A stretch of DNA of 64,000 bases from Cyanophora paradoxa CCMP329 (Eukaryota; Plantae; Glaucophyta): the NCBI GenBank assembly GCA_004431415.1, contig QPMI01000518.1, forward strand, positions 1-64,000. The letters run 5' to 3'. Below the pieces are notes generated by a model that did not search any database, was not told where the DNA came from, and was given only the letters and a program-made list of their open reading frames with translations. Of the stretch, positions 26,201 to 37,377 are shown piece by piece; within the stretch, counting starts at the first letter, position 1; each line of letters opens with the position of its first letter. The translations under genes were made by a program, and so were the position numbers.

Positions 26201-29200
26201 AGCTCACTCAACCTGGCGACACGATCGAGCTGATATCGGCTTCCCACTTTGGAAGCGATTATTTCCAAGTGAATACGCAGAAAATCAGCCTCTACGGTGC
26301 CCCGGCCCGGCATAATATGGCGCCGCTGTCAGGCAGATTCTGACCGCGAGCGCAGTGAGGAACCCAGACCCTTCTCGGCGCAACCTCCTTCTCTATGTAA
26401 GAATGTTCAGGGACTATCATGAGGTCCAGCTTCAGCGTCCCTTCACGGTGGACGACGCGCTCGGCTGGACGCACTACGCCGTGGTCTACTCCGTGGATCC
26501 AGCGAACCCAAACAACCCGCGCGTCTCCGTCGTCATCAACGGCTCGCTCGCGGAGGAGTACACAATAGCGGGCTCCGCCGAGAATCCCATTCCAGGGCCC
26601 AACACAGCGCCCGCCCTCACATGGTTCCTTGAAAGCTCGAGCTCGAAAGCGCCTTACAACGTCCGCCGCGACGTGAGTGCAGGCCGCACGCGGTGTCGTG
26701 ATTTGATTTGACTTCACCCACGCTAATATCACGCCTAGGTCCGCGTCTGGGGGCGGGCGTTGAGCGTGAGTGAGATCAACGCCAACCGATACTTCCGCAT
26801 CCGGGGCGCCGCTCAGCAATACGACAACTTCCCTGACCTTAAGATAAATGGTGCGCGGCTCGCGTATTTGCACAGTATACGCATATAGATATGTTTAAGT
26901 ATCTGTGCTTTTGAAGAATTGTGCTTTGAATTTGCATAGATATGAAGAAATGTTAATCCGTTCTCCCTTCAATTTTGCAGTTCCGCTCGACTTCGGCGTG
27001 CCGGGGACGACTTTTACAGATTCCTCGCCCATCAAAGGCATCGTTAACGACGTTGACTGCAAGCCACTGTCTGTAGGCCAAATTGGCACCGTCAGCTGGC
27101 AGCAGTCAGACCCTGCCTTCTGCAGCCTCTTCCAGGGTGGCGTCCCCGATCCAGAATCTCAATTCTACAACCCCTGCCGCTGCAGTGAGCAGCAATGCTT
27201 CTTAGCTCTCGATAGCAGCTTCGGCACCGGCTCGGGCGGTGGGGAACCTACTTCATTGCCCACTTGTAGCGAGCTGCAGCCTGATGACGTGACCTTGGGG
27301 GAGCAATCGCGCGCCGGCTCAGTGGTCAGCTCGCCCATCGCGATACAGGCATCGCAGCTAACGCTGGCAATAGTCGGAATTTAACCTCTAAAAGCTTTTT
27401 CGCAATTCATACTTTTCGCCTTCGAAATTTCGCATTTGACTGCGAGCTCGAATGATTTCAGGTAAATCTCATCATCCCGATGGAGGAGCAGAAGGCGCGC
27501 TCGCTCTTCGCTTCTGCGAGCCAAAACATGACTGTGGAGCTCTGGGCGAAAATTGAACGCCCTCGTTTGGGCTCCGGGCTGATGTTGGTCGAGGCATCTT
27601 CATCCGATCCATCTACCCTATACTCTTCCCAACTGTATGTGTCCGGTGCTTGCGCCTTCATTTGCATCGATATCCTCGATTGCAATTGTCTACATTTTTT
27701 CGCACCACGAACCCCGCCGGATATCCTTCTAACCTCTAGAGTGCGCAGCGGATGCGACCGAATCTGGTGTGCTCACGCTCGGTGTCGGCTTGGCTGTGGG
27801 GGAAGATTGGTCTCGAGTGAAGACGGTGCCCACGCCGTGGACTCTGCAGGCTGCTGGCCACTGGACCCACTACGCCTTCGTATTCTCGACGGATCCAGCG
27901 AACCCCTTCACCACACACGTCGCCGTAGTCGTGAACGGCACGCTCGTCGCGAGGTTCCCGACAGGCGTCGCCCCGCGGCAACGGGACAGCGTGCCCGCCC
28001 TCCAATGGGGTCTCTATAGCGACATGTCATTGACCGAGTTTTCAAAATACCCTACGGTTGTCCGTCGCGAGGTGAGTCAAATTCGTAATAAGCTGTATAT
28101 GTAGGCATGCGCACGACTTAAAGCTGGGCTTCCGAGTTCCGCGCGCGGAATGGATATCTTTTTTGACGTCTCGCGCAGTTCCGCGTTTGGAGCGCTGCAT
28201 TGAGTGTTAGCGAAATCCGCTCCACGCTCTACCGTCGTATTCGAATTCGGGCCGGCGCGGACAATCACACCGACTTCCCGTCCTTGAAGATCAACGGTGT
28301 GTATTCTTAAACCTGCAGCTGATCTATTTCTGGTTTAGTTATGATTTTACAGCTGCAGCTGATTTAGTTCATTTAGATCTGACGCTGTTCTGACCGCAGT
28401 GCCCCTCGACTTCGGCACGCCTGGGACGGCCGTCAACGATTCTACGGTTCTAGTCAACGATGTAGATTGCACGCGCATACAGGTGGCCCAGGGATGGGAT
28501 CCCTCAGGCTTTGGAGACATGGTGCCCAGCCGTGGCCGCTGGCTGCAGTCGGACTCTGCCTTCTGTGACGCTTTCCACGGAGGCGTCCCCACCGCGGGTG
28601 TCCCTGAACGCATATGCGCCAGCGTGAACGTTAACGACAATCCTGGCGCCACAAACAACGGCGATCAAGGGCTGAAGTGCCACCCTCCGCCAGAGGACAC
28701 GCCTCTGACAACAAAGTACCAGGTGCGCCCTTCGATTGGATATTCGCAGCTCAGCTCAGCTCTGTGCGCTTATCATAGTATTGAACGAGCCCGGGGGCCG
28801 GACAGATAACGTGCCCGCCGAGCCTGACCATCTCGCGGGTGAAGCCCGTCAACGTCACGATCGGTGGCGTTGTGAAGCGCCTCTGCGGCGCACAAATGCC
28901 CGACCTCCGCTTCCTCATCGCCGGTCCGTGCACACGCATATGGGCCCGGGGGGATCCCCTTGCACACGCAATTACGTTTACGTATATGAACTCTGTTGAC
29001 GTCGCGTCGCCTGCAGCTGCGATATGCATATGAGTGCCTGTCGATGGATTCCGATCGCACGCGTGCGCAGGCAACTGGTCGGACTGGCGCGTGAACATCA
29101 CGCAGCATCCGAAGCCCGGCGATTTCCTCCCCGCGCACTCCGAAGTGGCCCCCACGAGCCCCGAGTGGCACGCCGCCGGCTTCGGCACTCCCAGCCCGGC

Positions 29201-30404
29201 GGACGGCATCCGCGTCAGCTTCAGCATCGAGAACCCCACTGATGTTGTGCGCGCACAAAACAAGCTAAAGCATCGATAAGCATCGACAAGCTGCCCGCGC
29301 GGGCGGCGCGGCTGCGTCCGCGTCCGTCGCTCCCCCTGACCGCCGCGCCGCGCCGCCGCAGGGCCCTGAGGGGAGCTGCTCATTCGGCCTGTTCGTTAGA
29401 GACGACGGGCCGCCGCTCTGCCCCGACACCTGCCCGCCACGCGTCGATACCGTGCCGGTCGACCCGGCAACGTGCAGCGTCACTTTCCCGGACCTTCGGC
29501 AGCGCCTGGCCCTACCGTCGCCCTCGGCAATGGAGTGCATACCCGCGTTCTCTGCCGGAGCCGGTGACTTTGTGCAGGAGAGCGAGGCGCACACCGGCAG
29601 CAGCGACCCCAGCGTACAGCCCAACGCGCTCTGGGCGATCGACGGCTCCTCACCGTTCGCCAAGGAAGTACGCATCCGCCACATCCTCTTCCCGCAGGGC
29701 CCCGCGTGCCCTGTCCGCGTCTTGGTCAGCGCGTTTAATCTATATTTGCGGCCGCATGCGCAGGGCATTCGGGACTCTGAACTAGTGCGCAGGCATATTT
29801 TCCGCAGACGGAAGTCTCTTGGATCCCGTCTGTCTCCGGGAGCCCTGATGCTCTCAACTCTTCGGCCGTCGCCGCCCTAGGGCCGAACCCCAACTACGGC
29901 CTGTGGGCCCGCCAGTTCCATGCAAGGTGCTCCGATCCCCGCGCCGACGCGTGTCCACGTGCACCGTTGCTCACGATGAGCGTTGTCGACGTCGGTCAGC
30001 ATCGTTGGCTCGTGCCCGCAGCTGCTGGTGCAGCAGTGCACGCCCCGCGTGCGCGTACAGATGAACCCGAAACTGGGCCTCTCGGGGTCCGACGTGGACC
30101 GCGCCGGCAACTTCACCTTCGCGCCAGGCAAGCGCGCGCACGCGACTTGGATCGAGGGCGGCAGCGTCCGCGGGGCCTTCAGCCGGGAGGTCCCCGATGC
30201 TTACCTCACCGATTACCCCCAGTGCGCCCCCGGCCCAGCACTTCGAATTGAATGGAATTTCGAGGTTCGTGTCGCCTGACTGCGTGCGCAGCATCGATAT
30301 CGCGCCCGGGGAGGTCCTACGCACCTACAGCGTCAGCCTTCAATGTGCGCCACCACCGGCCCCCCCGCAAATCCCCCCCCCCCTCCCCTCCCCCCCCCCC
30401 CCCC

Positions 30405-30436
<32 letters not shown>

Positions 30437-30657
30437 TATTAGGCCTCCCCACCGGGATCCTCCCCTCCCCCCCTTTTAATTCCCCTCCCATATATATCGA
30501 CATCGATATCCCAACCCCAACGCGTTCCTTCTCCCCGCAGGCGCACTCAACAAGGGGGTGCCGGCCCCGGCCAAGTACTCTTTCGTCACCCTCGAAGCCT
30601 TCCGCGTCGAAATCAGAAAGCCTGCCCCCGGCGCCAATTGAAACCCCCACGGCGTAA
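23248..30657 (+). CDS. Secreted or cell-surface protein with four LamG/concanavalin A-like modules and a Cys-containing C-terminal region; many short introns; 3' end approximate
   Basis: Signal peptide MRSAALTSALSLLLALAAFAA. Four repeats of MT(V/L)ELWA(R/K)...WTHYA(I/V/F)...V(V/I)NG(T/S)...RVW.(R/A)ALS..E(V/I) (LamG_3 pattern), each followed by VP(F/L)DFG.PG...VNDVDC...W.QSD..FC. GT-AG introns lie at equivalent positions in the repeats. Confidence 0.75.
23450..25935 (+). repeat. Recent intragenic tandem duplication (period ~1389 bp) of LamG module 1/2, including introns
   Basis: 23450-24546 and 24837-25935 are near-identical in exons and introns; the ORF track gives duplicate ORFs at 24126/25515 and 24298/25687. 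Confidence 0.9.
30370..30436. repeat. Poly-C tracts and (CA)n microsatellite, probably intronic
   Basis: C-runs followed by CACACACACGCGCGCGCACACACACACACACAC. Confidence 0.8.
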
Positions 30658-31290
30658 GGACGTCGACTCTAGATCTTGAGAAGGCTGCACGCGCAGTTCA
30701 TTATAATTATATATTTCTCGATATCGATGCCAAAGTTGCCAGCGGTGCCAACATCGATGTTGTCGATATCGGCCCTGCCCGACTGTTTCTCGTATACACT
30801 GTAGTACAGACTACCGAGGCACGTATACGTAGAGCAATTGAATTTTGTGCAAATGCTCGCGTCGGTCTCGAGTCGATTGATTTCTTTCGGTCTAATTTTC
30901 GTTAGCTAGTAGCGAGTGTAAGTGACATTCCATTATTCACTTTTATCAATATCTAGAGGCCCTTACGGCGGCCATGGCCATATGCATGGCCACTGCACTA
31001 GTATGGCGGATTCCGAGTTTTGGCTTCGCGAAGTGTTCATATTGTCCTGCAAAATTAAACTGCGTGTTTCAGTGGCCTGCGTGCTGTCCCCACCTTCACC
31101 CAGGTCAAGCAGGCGTAGGTCCTCCACGGAAGGAACATCTCATTTACACTGTACATGAGACGGATCATGAGCGCCTATCGCTAGAACAACCGGCGCACGG
31201 CTAATGTAGACGAAAACAACAGATCTAGATCTAGAGCTCGAGGGAACCGCGGGCACGGGCAAAGAGCTCGGGACTGAAGGGAGCTGCCGA

Positions 31291-33057
31291 TCAGGCACGA
31301 GACGTCTCGACTTTTAAGGGCACATACTCGAAGCCGGGGGCGTATCCGTAGGCCGCGCCGCGCCTCGAGCTCGAACTCGAGGTCGGCTCCCGGGGTGGCC
31401 GCGCCCGCGGCTCTGGCCGCGGGGCCGGCGCACGCGACCGCCGGGGTACGCGCTCCTGCGGCGCGTACCCCGGGCCCGGATCGGCGGAGTACACCTCCTC
31501 GTACATCTCCTCGTACCCCCCGAGCTCCTCGAAGGGAGCATCGTCTTCGATGACGAGAGGGCCGGGGGTGGTGGGACGGGGGTACTGTCGGGGGTCGGCA
31601 GAACGGGGGTACGGATCGAAGTAGGCGGGATGGGGATACGAGTCGGGATTGACAGGATGGGGGTACAACGCCGGGACGTCGTGCTCCTCTACGAGGACGT
31701 AGCCCACCGGCGCCGGCTCGTGGGGGTACAGGAGAGGCGCGGCCGCCGGGGAGGGGTACGGCTCGACCCGCACACCGCGACTAGGTACCCCGAACCGGCC
31801 CCGCGCGCTCCGGACCGGCCCAGGAGCCGTGGTGCGGCCGATCTCCCCGCCGCGCGGGGCCGCGGCGCCCAGCCTCCGGCCCCGGGCGCCGGCTCCGCCC
31901 CTGGGGGCCCCGCCGCAGGCCGCCGGTCCGCCGCGAAGTGTCGCGCGGTCTGCGGCCGCCGCGCCGGGGCCGGCACGGGAGCCGGCGGGGCCGCTGGGGG
32001 GCGGCCCGCCCGGCCCCGGAGGAGGGGCCCCGGGGCGCGGGGGGCCGCCCTCCTCGTCGGGGGCGCTCCTCTCGCGGTTAAGGGCGTCGCTGACCTGCCG
32101 CCGCGCCCGCATCGCCCGCATCGCCCGCAGCGCCACCAGCGCCCCCTGCGACGCCCCCGCCACCTGCTCCGCGCTCAGCTGCCTCTCCCAGTCCTTCCGC
32201 ATCAGCTCCTGCCGCAGGCGGAAGCTCTCGCCTGCGCGCCGGCCGCCGCCGGGGGGGCCGACTCGGCTCAGTCCTCGCCTCGGAGGGATGCGTAGAAACC
32301 GAAGGCCGCACCGCACTCGTGGCCGCAGACGAAGGACAGATCCGCTATCTTCGGCTCGGCGTACCTCCGCTGGAAGCACTGCAGAACCTGCGCGCGCACG
32401 GGCGGTCGGTGCGGGGCGGGGCGGGGCGGGGCGGGGCGGGGCGGGGCGGGGCGGGGCGGGGCGGGGCGGGGCGGGGAGGGGCGGGGCGGGGCGTGGCGCA
32501 CGTCGCTGTAGCCCCTCACGTGGACGCCGTACAGCTTCCGCAGCAGCTCGATGCCCTGCGGGGCGCCGGTCAGCTGCGGGGCGCGCGCCGCACGGAGGGG
32601 GCGAAGGGGCGAGGGGGCGGACCCCGTAGCACCACGCGCCGACTTTGCGAATGTTCGTGTCCTCGAGGATGGCACTGCGCGGCGTCGGCGGGGGGCACCG
32701 GCGTCACGCCGCGCGCGCGGACCGCAGGTCGGGCGGCACGGCGCCGATCTGCGCCACGAGCCAGAGGACGCAGTGCTCCTCCGTGCCCGTTGCGACAACC
32801 GCAATCCGCTCGATAGATTGGCCCTGCATCGGCCCTCAGGCGCGCCCGACCGGCGGCGACGAGCTCGGGCGCGCCTCCGGAACGATGTTCCACTGCACCC
32901 GCAGGCCGATCTCTGGCCCGTCAGGCGAGAGGGTCTCCCGGAGGCGCTGCGCCGCATCGAAGCCCTTGCGGTTCAGAGAGGCGACGATGTCGATGCTTCG
33001 TCGCTCGTATTGCGGCGCCGGCACGAGCTGGTTCAGGTTCAAGGGCGCGAGGACCAT
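31291..33057 (-). CDS. WRN/EXD/RNase D-like (DEDDy) 3'-5' exonuclease-fold protein, catalytically degenerate, with a Pro/Tyr/Gly-rich disordered tail; multi-exon
   Basis: Spliced translation: PEIGLRVQWN...IERIAVVATGTEEHCVLWLVAQIGAVPPDLRAILEDTNIRKVGAWCYGGIELLRKLYGVHVRGYSDV...RKDWERQLSAEQVAGASQGALVAL. This is collinear with the family consensus G-x-D-x-E-W / P..L..iLed..i.KvG....D...L...yg / dW.r.Ls.eQ..YAa.Da. Confidence 0.7.
32410..32492. repeat. (GGGGC)n pentanucleotide repeat in an intron, G-quadruplex-prone
   Basis: About 15 consecutive GGGGC units between exons ...GYSD and VLQCF... Confidence 0.85.
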
Positions 33058-33495
33058 GTTTGCGAGCGCCGCGCTCCGAGCGCAGCGACGATTTTGCCTG
33101 AGCTGGTGCCGTTGGTTCGTTCGCCGCGCAGGCCCCCGTGCGCGCCGCTGCCCTGCGCCGTGCCGGGCAAAAAGCTGCTGGAGGCACCTCGCTTGCTATC
33201 TGCTCGTCGCGGAGCAAAGCTAGCGAGGCTCAAGCCCCAATCGAGGGCCGAGCTAGCGCGAGCCGGCGTTCCGGGACTTTCTCTTGAGTTTGCTGTACCC
33301 GGAACCAGTTCACCCCCCGGCTAAATTTGATCCGGCGTCCTTGGCCTGCGATCGAGACTCGACGCGTGCGATCGCGATCGCAACTTGATTCGCAAGCACA
33401 AGCACCGATTCGAAAGCGAGATCTAGATCCGGCTATGTAATATGGCGGTCATGGGCCAGCGCAGTTAGCTCTGCAGCTGCAGCTCCAGGTGCAGG

Positions 33496-36400
33496 TCAGC
33501 GGGGCCGGCGGGCCCCACCGTGGCCGCTTGGACCGGGTGCAGACGGCGGCCGCGCGGTGGGAGCGCCGCGGCCAGCGGGGCCGCTGGCGCCGCCGGGGTG
33601 GCAGGGGGCGTGGGCGAGGGCGGTGGGCGGGGCGGGGGCGGCGGGGGGCATCTTGGGGAGGCGGGCCTGGGCGCGGAGGGCGCGGGGCCCGAGCCGCTCG
33701 AGGGCGGTCTTGCCGTGGGGGAAGCGGCGCCAGCGGCGGCGGGGGAGGCCGGCGAGGTCCTCGGCCTCCTCGACGGCCTCCACGCAGGCCCGGCGCAGGC
33801 CCATGCAGAGGGTCTCGTACCCCTCCTCCCACGCCCGCCGCCGCCCCACCGCCGCGCACTCCTCCAGGAAGGTCCCCCGCAGGCCCTCCAGCCGCTCCAG
33901 GAGCTCGTCCACCTGCACGAGGGCGGCGGGCCGGTCCCGCCGCTGCCCGTCAGACTGAGGCTCTCACAAGGCCGCAGACGTCCAGCAAGCCGCGCGGGGC
34001 GCGGGGCGCGGCGCGGACCTTGTCGCCGCGCTCCTCGTCCTCCTCGTCGATCTCCATCTCCGACAGCGCCTCCATCGCCTCGTCCGCCCTGCGCGCACGC
34101 GCGCCCGCCCCGGTCACGGCGCCGCCCCGTTCACGCCAGGGCGGAGATCCGGCTAGGCAAGCTCCAACGATTTAGGGCTGCTTGGAGCCTGCGATCAGAG
34201 GTGGAGGCTCCGCTCCCACGAGCAGGAAGAGCTCTGGCTTTGTGGGGATCCCAGCTGGAGGGCTCGAGGGTGCGCGGGGGCGGGGCCCCGCCCCCCGCCC
34301 CAGGGCGCCCGGCCCACACGCACGCTTGGAGGGCGTCCTCGCAGATGGAGGCGAGGTCGAGGAGCAGCTTGTGGTACAGCCGCTTCCGCTCCTGCGCGCC
34401 CGCCCCCGCGCTCAGCCCCCGGCCCCGCGCCCACTCCGCGATCTATAGCTAGTATACGTGGATATTCGTCGACGGCGGGGCGGGGCGGGGCGGGGCGGGG
34501 CGGGGCGGGGCGGACGCGGTGGGCGGGGGACTCTCTGTGCTTCCGGATGGCCGCCTGCGCGCGGCGGCGGCACCGGAACAGGCGCGTCAGCGGAGGGGCG
34601 CGCGTGTGCCTAGCGAGGCGCGCGTGGGCGGGAGGGCGGGGCGGGGGCGCGCCGTGCTCCGCGCCGGCTGCTTCTTGCACTCGCAGGCGTCGCAGGGCGT
34701 CTCCCCGTACCCCGCCGCCGCCGCCGCCTCCGCCGCCGCCGTGTACTGCGCGGAGGTGAGGGGGCCGGCGGCGGCGCCCCTTCGAGGCGGCCCGGCCCCG
34801 GGGGCGCCGCACGACGCACGACGGCGATGGCTAGCTCCGAGTCGTTGATGCTCGTGCGGGCGAACTCCTGCAGGACCTGCCGGGGGAGGGCGCTCAGCGG
34901 CGCGGGTGCGGCGGCTGGGCGAGACGGCGGCGGGCGCCTCAAGCCCGTCTCGCCGAGCTCCTCAGGCTAAAGCAAAACAGCCCAAGAACGCCTTAAAACT
35001 ACCCGCAAAACAAAACAACCAAAAAAGCCTTGAAAACTGCCCTCATCGTATGCATCTCTCATGGCTAATTGCAGGCAGCTGTTCTGCATCGCGGGCACCT
35101 CGTCGGAGGGGAAGCCCCTGAACGGCTCCTCCTCGTCGTTCTCCTCCAGCTCGGGCGGGGGCGGCGCCGCCCCGTACCCCGCCTGGCCCCGCGGCCCCGG
35201 CTGCGCGCGCCCCGCCACGATCCCATCAGGCCGCGCGCGCCCTATCGAGGGGCGGGGCCGACCTGCGGGCCGAGGGGGCGGGCGGGGCCGGCCGGGGCGC
35301 GCCCGACCGGCCCGGGCCCGTCTCCATCCCACTCGTCACTCGGGACCTGAGCGGAGGCGATCGCGGGGCGCGAGTCAGACCGAGTCAGAGGGCCGAGGCG
35401 GCTCGCTGTCTCGAAGGCGGCGAGGCGGGGGACGGATCTCGCCCCATCAAGGCGGAATGGAGGGCGCACGGCGACGGCGCTGATGCCGTAGCGGTCGTCC
35501 CGCGTGGCCGCCTCCATCCCCGCCAGCCGCTCCGCCTCCTCCATCTCCTGCCCGCGCCTCGACGCCAGGCAGGCCCGATCGCGAGGCGCGGGGCCGGGCG
35601 GGGCGGGCGGGGCAGGACCTTCATCCAGTCCGGCTGCTTCGTCATGAGGGCGTGCACCAGCTGCGGGGCAAGGTTGTGAGGGGCGGCGGCCAGAGCGGGT
35701 AGACATAGATGCAGGCGGGGCGGCAGAGCCGCAGGCGAGCCCGCGCTCGAGGCGGGCGGGCGCGGGCGCGGGCGCGGGGCGGGAGGGAGGCGCGGACCAT
35801 GTCCCACTGGCGCTGGGCGGCGAAGCCCTGGGCGGCGGCCGCCATCTCCTGCCGGTCCCCCAGGAGCTTCTCCCCGTGCTGCCCGCGAGGTGAGCCGCGC
35901 CGGGCGGGGCGCCGCATGGCCGACTTGATCGTGGCTCCCGATCTTAAGATCTAGAATTCATCGGGTCCCGGCCGCGCCACGGTCCAGCGCGCCCGCGGGC
36001 GCGGACGCGGGCGATCTAGAGGCGCACTGGGGACGACGCTCAGCACGCGGGGGCGGGGCACCTTGGCGAGGGCGCGCCAGTTCTGCGGCCGGGCGCCGCT
36101 GGGCGGATTCGCCATCTCGCCCAGGCGCTCCACCTGCAGGCTTATGCTGCGCCGATCGCGAACGCAAACGCACAGTGAGCCGCAGGCGCGGCGAGACGGC
36201 AGCTCGAGGGGCGCGGGGCGCGCCGCTGGAGCATCTCCTCGGGCTTGGTGCAGAGGAGGCGGAAGTACATGTCCCGCGCGTCCACGTTTTGCTGCGCCGG
36301 AAGTCGGCCGGGAGCGGGGAGAACGGTGCCGCCGACCCGAAGGGGCGCCGCACCGCGTGCTTCTCGGAGGCGTTGTGCTTGGCGACGGCCGCGGCGCTCC

Positions 36401-37341
36401 TCGGCTGCTCTTCCGGGGGGCAGAAGCTGCAGAACTTGAGCGGCCGCATCGCCTCCCCGGCGAGCTGCCGGCGGCGAGCGTCGCGGTCACGGGCTCATGA
36501 TCATGATCAGGCTCTGAATCTAGGTCTAGACCGCCTTATTTAAGAGAGGGACGGACCGCGAGGCGGCAGAGCTCGGAGCGCCCGATGCGCTCCTGGAAGC
36601 CGCGCAGCGCCTCGCGCATCATCTCCTCCCCGCCGCCGCCGTCCACGATCTCCTGCACTTCCCTCATCGACGCCTGTGCGGCGCGGCCGATCGGCCGCCG
36701 GGCGTCAGCATGCGGCCAAGCCCCGGCGTGGTCGCTCTGGAGCGCCGAAGACGTCGACGCGCCTCAATGTCCTCCATCGAGTTGATGCCGTTGGGCATCA
36801 GCTCGCTCGACGCCAGCTGCGGCGAGCGGCGCCGTCGGCGGCTCAGCGGCCGGGGTTGGGGGCGGCGAGGGGCGGGAGCCGCGCCGCTCACCGGGATGCC
36901 GACGCCGAGCTTCGCGTACATAGCTGCGCGGGGACGCCGGGTTAGAGTCGCGGAGTTCGTCCCGGCCGCCCAGAAGGCGGGGGGGCACCCTTGCGCTCGT
37001 CGAGGTCCATGTGGCGCTCGCGGCGCGCCAGCTCCTCCCGCACCTTCGCCTCCAGGCGCCGCCCCGCGATCAGCTCGCCCGCCTGCGCACGTGCGCGCAC
37101 GCGCGGGGTCGGCGTGAGCGCCAGCACTGAATTTCCAAGAATTTCGGACTCGCCCGCCGCGGGTCATCTTCGAGGGCGAGGGCGTCGACGACGGCGGCGA
37201 TGTCCCCCGCGTCCGCGGCCGCGCACGCAGCCTGCCGGAACGGGCGCTTTCGAGTTCGCGACGGCGGCAAATGTATCTAGCTTCAAAGCTTCGCGCACCT
37301 TTGCCACGAAGTACGCGCGGTCCTTGCGCAATCTTCCAGTG

Positions 37342-37377
<36 letters not shown>

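Noticed and set aside
35951-36449. Separate small Zn-finger gene (and its mirror at 47847-48283), plus a separate gene at 33496-35917
   Set aside because: Phase-compatible splice junctions link them to the helicase gene, so they are treated as its 3' exons. This needs cDNA confirmation.
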